Shown here: piece by piece, positions 56,160-64,000 of the stretch
How the letters are laid out: every line of letters begins with the position of its first letter
Position numbering within the stretch: position 1 is the stretch's first letter
Assembly: GCA_964057225.1 (NCBI GenBank)
Contig: OZ059895.1
Span: 1,364,001 to 1,428,000, forward strand
Direction: 5' to 3'
Length of the DNA: 64,000 nucleotides
DNA from: Auanema rhodensis
Lineage: Eukaryota > Animalia > Nematoda
Translations under genes and position numbers: made by a program
The notes under the pieces: generated by a model
Databases searched by the model: none
What the model was told of the DNA's origin: nothing
Seen by the model: the letters and a program-made list of their open reading frames with translations, nothing else

Positions 56160-59100
56160 GTCCATCGTCTTTGCCTTGAAAAAAGGAATCTAAAAACATC
56201 TACTTTTTGCTAAATTATTTTGAAATTTTTCGAAAAAATTTTTGTCAAAATGTTTTTGGAAGCAATGTTGAGTGTACATGGAAACTCAACATACACTAAT
56301 GCATCATTTTTCAAACGATCATAACTAATTTTTGTATTAAGCGTTTCTCAATGTAGTATAGTGCATTCGATGCGGATTTTTAAGCTGCGTCGTTCTGTGT
56401 TATCAGATTTGCGCTAGCTTGAAAAAGCACCGAGATATCAACTGATATAAGTTCACACATATATCCTCGATTTTCACCCTGAAGAATTAATTTTTTCGTT
56501 GAATAACATTGTCCATCGTCTTTGCCTTGAAAAAAAGAATCTAAAAACATCTACTTTTTGCTAAATTATTTTGAAATTTTTCGAAAAAATTTTTGTCAAA
56601 ATGTTTTTGGAAGCAATGTTGAGTGTACATGGAAACTCAACATACACTAATGCATCATTTTTCAAACGATCATAATTAATTTTTGTATTAAGCGTTTCTC
56701 AATGTAGTATAGTGCATTCGATGCGGATTTTTAAGCTGCGTCGTTCTGTGTTATCAGATTTGCGCTAGCTTGAAAATGCACCGAGATATCAACTGATATA
56801 AGTTCACACATATATCCTCGATTTTCACCCTGAAGAATTAATTTTTTCGTTGAATAACATTGTCCATCGTCTTTGCCTTGAAAAAAAGAATCTAAAAACA
56901 TCTACTTTTTGCTAAATTATTTTGAAATTTTTCGAAAAAATTTTTGTCAAAATGTTTTTGGAAGCAATGTTGAGTGTACATGGAAACTCAACATACACTA
57001 ATGCATCATTTTTCAAACGATCATAATTAATTTTTGTATTAAGCGTTTTTCAATGTAGTATAGTGCATTCGATGCGGATTTTTAAGCTGCGTCGATCTGT
57101 GTTATCAGATTTGCGCTAGCTTAAAAATGCACCGAGATATCAACTGATATAAGTTCACACTTATATCCTCGATTTTCACCCCGAAGAATTAATTTTTTCG
57201 TTGAATAACATTGTCCATCGTCTTTGCCTTGAAAAAAGGAATCTAAAAACATCTACTTTCTGCTAAATTATCTTGAAATTTTTCGAAAAAATTTTTGTCA
57301 AAATGTTTTTGGAAGCAATGTTGAGTGTACATGGAAACTCAACATACACTAATGCATCATTTTTCAAACGATCATAATTAATTTTTGTATTAAGCGTTTC
57401 TCAATGTAGTATAGTGCATTCGATGCGGATTTTTAAGCTGCGTCGATCTGTGTTATCAGATTTGCGAAAGCTTAAAAATGCACCGAGATATCAACTGATA
57501 TAAGTTCACACTTATATCCTCGATTTTCACCCTGAAGAATTAATTTTTTCGTTGAATAACATTGTCCATCGTCTTTGCCTTGAAAAAAAGAATCTAAAAA
57601 CATCTACTTTTTGCTAAATTATTTTGAAATTTTTCGAAAAAATTTTTGTCAAAATGTTTTTGGAAGCAATGTTGAGTGTACATGGAAACTCAACATACAC
57701 TAATGCATCATTTTTCAAACGATCATAATTAATTTTTGTATTAAGCGTTTCTCAATGTAGTATAGTGCTTTCGATGCGGATTTTTAAGCTGCGTCGTTCT
57801 GTGTTATCAGATTTGCGCTAGCTTGAAAATGCACCGAGATATCAACTGATATAAGTTCACACATATATCCTCGATTTTCACCCTGAAGAATTAATTTTTT
57901 CGTTGAATAACATTGTCCATCGTCTTTGCCTTGAAAAAAAGAATATAAAAACATCTACTTTTTGCTAAATTATTTTGAAATTTTTCGAAAAAATTTTTGT
58001 CAAAATGTTTTTGGAAGCAATGTTGAGTGTACATGGAAACTCAACATACACTAATGCATCATTTTTCAAACGATCATAATTAATTTTTGTATTAAGCGTT
58101 TCTCAATGTAGTATAGTGCATTCGATGCGGATTTTTAAGCTGCGTCGATCTGTGTTATCAGATTTGCGCTAGCTTAAAAATGCACCGAGATATCAACTGA
58201 TATAAGTTCACACTTATATCCTCGATTTTCACCCTGAAGAATTAATTTTTTCGTTGAATAACATTGTCCATCGTCTTTGCCTTGAAAAAAGGAATCTAAA
58301 AACATCTACTTTCTGCTAAATTATCTTGAAATTTTTCGAAAAAATTTTTGTCAAAATGTTTTTGGAAGCAATGTTGAGTGTACATGGAAACTCAACATAC
58401 ACTAATGCATCATTTTTCAAACGATCATAATTAATTTTTGTATTAAGCGTTTCTCAATGTAGTATAGTGCATTCGATGCGGATTTTTAAGCTGCGTCGTT
58501 CTGTGTTATCAGATTTGCGCTAGCTTAAAAATGCACCGAGATATCAACTGATATAAGTTCACACTTATATCCTCGATTTTCACCCTGAAGAATTAATTTT
58601 TTCGTTGAATAACATTGTCCATCGTCTTTGCCTTGAAAAAAGGAATCTAAAAACATCTACTTTTTGCTAAATTATTTTGAAATTTTTCGAAAAAATTTTT
58701 GTCAAAATGTTTTTGGAAGCAATGTTGAGTGTACATGGAAACTCAACATACACTAATGCATCATTTTTCAAACGATCATAACTAATTTTTGTATTAAGCG
58801 TTTCTCAATGTAGTATAGTGCATTCGATGCGGATTTTTAAGCTGCGTCGTTCTGTGTTATCAGATTTGCGCTAGCTTGAAAATGCACCGAGATATCAACT
58901 GATATAAGTTCACACATATATCCTCGATTTTCACCCTGAAGAATTAATTTTTTCGTTGAATAACATTGTCCATCGTCTTTGCCTTGAAAAAAAGAATCTA
59001 AAAACATCTACTTTTTGCTAAATTATTTTGAAATTTTTCGAAAAAATTTTTGTCAAAATGTTTTTGGAAGCAATGTTGAGTGTACATGGAAACTCAACAT

Positions 59101-62100
59101 ACACTAATGCATCATTTTTCAAACGATCATAATTAATTTTTGTATTAAGCGTTTCTCAATGTAGTATAGTGCATTCGATGCGGATTTTTAAGCTGCGTCG
59201 TTCTGTGTTATCAGATTTGCGCTAGCTTGAAAATGCACCGAGATATCAACTGATATAAGTTCACACATATATCCTCGATTTTCACCCTGAAGAATTGATT
59301 TTTTCGTTGAATAACATTGTCCATCGTCTTTGCCTTGAAAAAAAGAATCTAAAAACATCTACTTTTTGCTAAATTATTTTGGAATTTTTCGAAAAAATTT
59401 TTGTCAAAATGTTTTTGGAAGCAATGTTGAGTGTACATGGAAACTCAACATACACTAATGCATCATTTTTCAAACGATCATAATTAATTTTTGTATTAAG
59501 CGTTTTTCAATGTAGTATAGTGCATTCGATGCGGATTTTTAAGCTGCGTCGATCTGTGTTATCAGATTTGCGCTAGCTTGAAAATGCACCGAGATATCAA
59601 CTGATATAAGTTCACACTTATATCCTCGATTTTCACCCTGAAGAATTAATTTTTTCGTTGAATAACATTGTCCATCGTCTTTGCCTTGAAAAAAGGAATC
59701 TAAAAACATCTACTTTCTGCTAAATTATCTTGAAATTTTTCGAAACAATTTTTGTCAAAATGTTTTTGGAAGCAATGTTGAGTGTACATGGAAACTCAAC
59801 ATACACTAATGCATCATTTTTCAAACGATCATAATTAATTTTTGTATTAAGCGTTTCTCAATGTAGTATAGTGCATTCGATGCGGATTTTTAAGCTGCGT
59901 CGATCTGTGTTATCAGATTTGCGCTAGCTTAAAAATGCACCGAGATATCAACTGATATAAGTTCACACTTATATCCTCGATTTTCACCCTGAAGAATTAA
60001 TTTTTTCGTCGAATAACATTGTCCATCGTCTTTGCCTTGAAAAAAAGAATCTAAAAACATCTACTTTTTGCTAAATTATTTTGAAATTTTTCGAAAAAAT
60101 TTTTGTCAAAATGTTTTTGGAAGCAATGTTGAGTGTACATGGAAACTCAACATACACTAATGCATCATTTTTCAAACGATCATAATTAATTTTTGTATTA
60201 AGCGTTTCTCAATGCAGTATAGTGCATTCGATGCGGATTTTTAAGCTGCGTCGTTCTGTGTTATCAGATTTGCGCTAGCTTGAAAATGCACCGAGATATC
60301 AACTGATATAAGTTCACACATATATCCTCGATTTTCACCCTGAAGAATTAATTTTTTCGTTGAATAACATTGTCCATCGTCTTTGCCTTGAAAAAAAAAA
60401 TCTAAAAACATCTACTTTTTGCTAAATTATTTTGAAATTTTTCGAAAAAATTTTTGTCAAAATGTTTTTGGAAGCAATGTTGAGTGTACATGGAAACTCA
60501 ACATACACTAATGCATCATTTTTCAAACGATCATAATTAATTTTTGTATTAAGCGTTTCTCAATGTAGTATAGTGCATTCGATGCGGATTTTTAAGCTGC
60601 GTCGATCTGTGTTATCAGATTTGCGCTAGCTTAAAAATGCACCGAGATATCAACTGATATAAGTTCACACTTATATCCTCGATTTTCACCCTGAAGAACT
60701 AATTTTTTCGTTGAATAACATTGTCCATCGTCTTTGCCTTGAAAAAAGGAATCTAAAAACATCTACTTTCTGCTAAATTATCTTGAAATTTTTCGAAAAA
60801 ATTTTTGTCAAAATGTTTTTGGAAGCAATGTTGAGTGTACATAGAAACTCAACATACACTAATGCATCATTTTTCAAACGATCATAATTAATTTTTGTAT
60901 TAAGCGTTTCTCAATGTAGTATAATGCATTCGATGCGGATTTTTAAGCTGCGTCGATCTGTGTTATCAGATTTGCGCTAGCTTAAAAATGCACCGAGATA
61001 TCAACTGATATAAGTTCACACTTATATCCTCGATTTTCACCCTGAAGAATTAATTTTTTCGTTGAATAACATTGTCCATCGTCTTTGCCTTGAAAAAAAG
61101 AATCTAAAAACATCTACTTTTTGCTAAATTATTTTGAAATTTTTCGAAAAAATTTTTGTCAAAATGTTTTTGGAAGCAATGTTGAGTGTACATGGAAACT
61201 CAACATACACTAATGCATCATTTTTCAAACGATCATAAATAATTTTTGTATTAAGCCTTTCTCAATGTAGTATAGTGCAATCGATGCGGATTTTTAAGCT
61301 GCGTCGATCTGTGTTATCAGATTTGCGCTAGCTTAAAAATGCACCGAGATATCAACTGATATAAGTTCACACTTATATCCTCGATTTTCACCCTGAAGAA
61401 TTAATTTTTTCGTTGAATAACATTGTCCATCGTCTTTGCCTTGAAAAAAGGAATCTGAAAACATCTACTTTTTGCTAAATTATTTTGAAATTTTTCGAAA
61501 AAATTTTTGTCAAAATGTTTTTGGAAGCAATGTTGAGTGTACATGGAAACTCAACCTACACTAATGCATCATTTTTCAAACGATCATAACTAATTTTTGT
61601 ATTAAGCGTTTCTCAATGTAGTATAGTGCATTCGATGCGGATTTTTAAGCTGCGTCGTTCTGTGTTATCAGATTTGCGCTAGCTTAAAAATGCACCGAGA
61701 TATCAACTGATATAAGTTCACACATATATCCTCGATTTTCACCCTGAAGAATTAATTTTTTCGTTGAATAACATTGTCCATCGTCTTTGCCTTGAAAAAA
61801 GGAATCTAAAAACATCTACTTTCTGCTAAATTATCTTGAAATTTTTCGAAAAAATTTTTGTCAAAATGTTTTTGGAAGCAATGTTGAGTGTACATGGAAA
61901 CTCAACATACACTAATGCATCATTTTTCAAACGATCATAATTAATTTTTGTATTAAGCGTTTCTCAATGTAGTATAGTGCATTCGATGCGAATTTTTAAG
62001 CTGCGTCGATCTGTGTTATCAGATTTGCGCTAGCTTAAAAATGCACCGAGATATCAACTGATATAAGTTCACACTTATATCCTCGATTTTCACCCTGAAG

Positions 62101-64000
62101 AATTAATTTTTTCGTTGAATAACATTGTCCATCCTCTTTGCCTTGAAAAAAAGAATCTAAAAACATCTACTTTTTGCTAAATTATTTTGAAATTTTTTGA
62201 AAAAATTTTTGTCAAAATGTTTTTGGAAGCAATGTTGAGTGTACATGGAAACTCAACATACACTAATGCATCATTTTTCAAACGATCATAATTAATTTTT
62301 GTATTAAGCGTTTCTCAACTTAGTATAGTGCATTCGATGCGGATTTTTAAGCTGCGTCGATCTGTGTTATCAGATTTGCGCTAGCTTAAAAATGCACCGA
62401 GATATCAACTGATATAAGTTCACACTTATATCCTCGATTTTCACCCTGAAGAATTAATTTTTTCGTTGAATAACATTGTCCATCGTCTTTGCCTTGAAAA
62501 AAGGAATCTGAAAACATCTACTTTTTGCTAAATTATTTTGAAATTTTTCGAAAAAATTTTTGTCAAAATGTTTTTGGAAGCAATGTTGAGTGTACATGGA
62601 AACTCAACATACACTAATGCATCATTTTTCAAACGATCATAACTAATTTTTGTATTAAGCGTTTCTCAATGTAGTATAGTGCATTCGATGCGGATTTTTA
62701 AGCTGCGTCGTTCTGTGTTATCAGATTTGCGCTAGCTTAAAAATGCACCGAGATATCAACTGATATAAGTTCACACTTATATCCTCGATTTTCACCCTGA
62801 AGAATTAATTTTTTCGTTGAATAACATTGTCCATCGTCTTTGCCTTGAAAAAAAGAATCTAAAAACATCTACTTTTTGCTAAATTATTTTGAAATTTTTC
62901 GAAAAAATTTTTGTCAAAATGTTTTTGGAAGCAATGTTGAGTGTACATGGAAACTCAACATACACTAATGCATCATTTTTCAAACGATCATAATTAATTT
63001 TTGTATTAAGCGTTTCTCAATGTAGTATAGTGCATTCGATGCGGATTTTTAAGCTGCGTCGTTCTGTGTTATCAGATTTGCGCTAGCTTGAAAATGCACC
63101 GAGATATCAACTGATATAAGTTCACACATATATCCTCGATTTTCACCCTGAAGAATTAATTTTTTCGTTGAATAACATTGTCCATCGTCTTTGCCTTGAA
63201 AAAAAGAATCTAAAAACATCTACTTTTTGCTAAATTATTTTGAAATTTTTCGAAAAAATTTTTGTCAAAATGTTTTTGGAAGCAATGTTGAGTGTACATG
63301 GAAACTCAACATACACTAATGCATCATTTTTCAAACGATCATAATTAATTTTTGTATTAAGCGTTTTTCAATGTAGTATAGTGCATTCGATGCGGATTTT
63401 TAAGCTGCGTCGATCTGTGTTATCAGATTTGCGCTAGCTTAAAAATGCACCGAGATATCAACTGATATAAGTTCACACTTATATCCTCGATTTTCACCCT
63501 GAAGAATTAATTTTTTCGTTGAATAACATTGTCCATCGTCTTTGCCTTGAAAAAAGGAATCTAAAAACATCTACTTTCTGCTAAATTATCTTGAAATTTT
63601 TCGAAAAAATTTTTGTCAAAATGTTTTTGGAAGCAATGTTGAGTGTACATGGAAACTCAACATACACTAATGCATCATTTTTCAAACGATCATAATTAAT
63701 TTTTGTATTAAGCGTTTCTCAATGTAGTATAGTGCATTCGATGCGGATTTTTAAGCTGCGTCGATCTGTGTTATCAGATTTGCGAAAGCTTAAAAATGCA
63801 CCGAGATATCAACTGATATAAGTTCACACTTATATCCTCGATTTTCACCCTGAAGAATTAATTTTTTCGTTGAATAACATTGTCCATCGTCTTTGCCTTG
63901 AAAAAAAGAATCTAAAAACATCTACTTTTTGCTAAATTATTTTGAAATTTTTCGAAAAAATTTTTGTCAAAATGTTTTTGGAAGCAATGTTGAGTGTACA

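Larger units (their letters stand above)
1..64000. repeat. Tandem satellite DNA array, 351-bp AT-rich monomer, ~182.3 head-to-tail copies, running off both window edges
   Basis: GTCCATCGTCTTTGC recurs at 1, 352, 703, 1054 ... 4915, then 5265, 7020, 14040, 21060, 28080, 35100, 42120, 49140, 56160, 63180, 63882. The period is exactly 351 except one 350-bp unit. No unique sequence interrupts the array. Confidence 0.99.

Noticed and set aside
1-64000. Coding tandem repeat (351 = 117 codons)
   Set aside because: The ORF track shows no frame open across even one full monomer, and common alleles create stops.
1-64000. CRISPR array or other repeat-spacer cassette system
   Set aside because: There are no unique spacers. 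The whole unit is repeated, and no cas, integrase or reverse transcriptase genes are present.
1-64000. Purely artefactual or collapsed assembly, or a synthetic concatemer
   Set aside because: Position-specific variants with a coherent nested duplication history argue for real, resolved sequence. Exact copy numbers of the near-identical blocks still need read support.

Overview
The whole 64-kb window is one uninterrupted head-to-tail array of an AT-rich satellite DNA with a 351-bp monomer (about 32% GC, counted by hand on monomer 1). It holds 182 complete copies plus a 119-bp partial copy, all in the same orientation. With my arbitrary phasing at GTCCATCGTC, monomers M1-M15 start at 1+351(n-1) and M16 onward at 351(n-1), because of a single 1-bp deletion in M15. 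Copies differ by only a few substitutions. I found no genes, RNA genes, CRISPR spacers or transposon insertions, and the four ORFs in the track are chance read-throughs of variant monomers. The pattern fits eukaryotic (peri)centromeric or heterochromatic satellite, but I cannot name the species or family. I do not see a new protein-coding system. The interesting signal is structural. (1) Variant alleles act as a barcode showing nested higher-order repeats: 4-, 5-, 6-, 7- and 11-mer duplications, including an (XYXYZ)x3 block whose unexpanded XYZ form lies just downstream. (2) An older duplication with a 19-25 kb offset is probable. (3) Alleles turn over along the array. (4) The monomer is rich in dyad symmetry. 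(5) Tandem double substitutions mostly produce AA/TT. All variant calls were read by eye and should be confirmed computationally.
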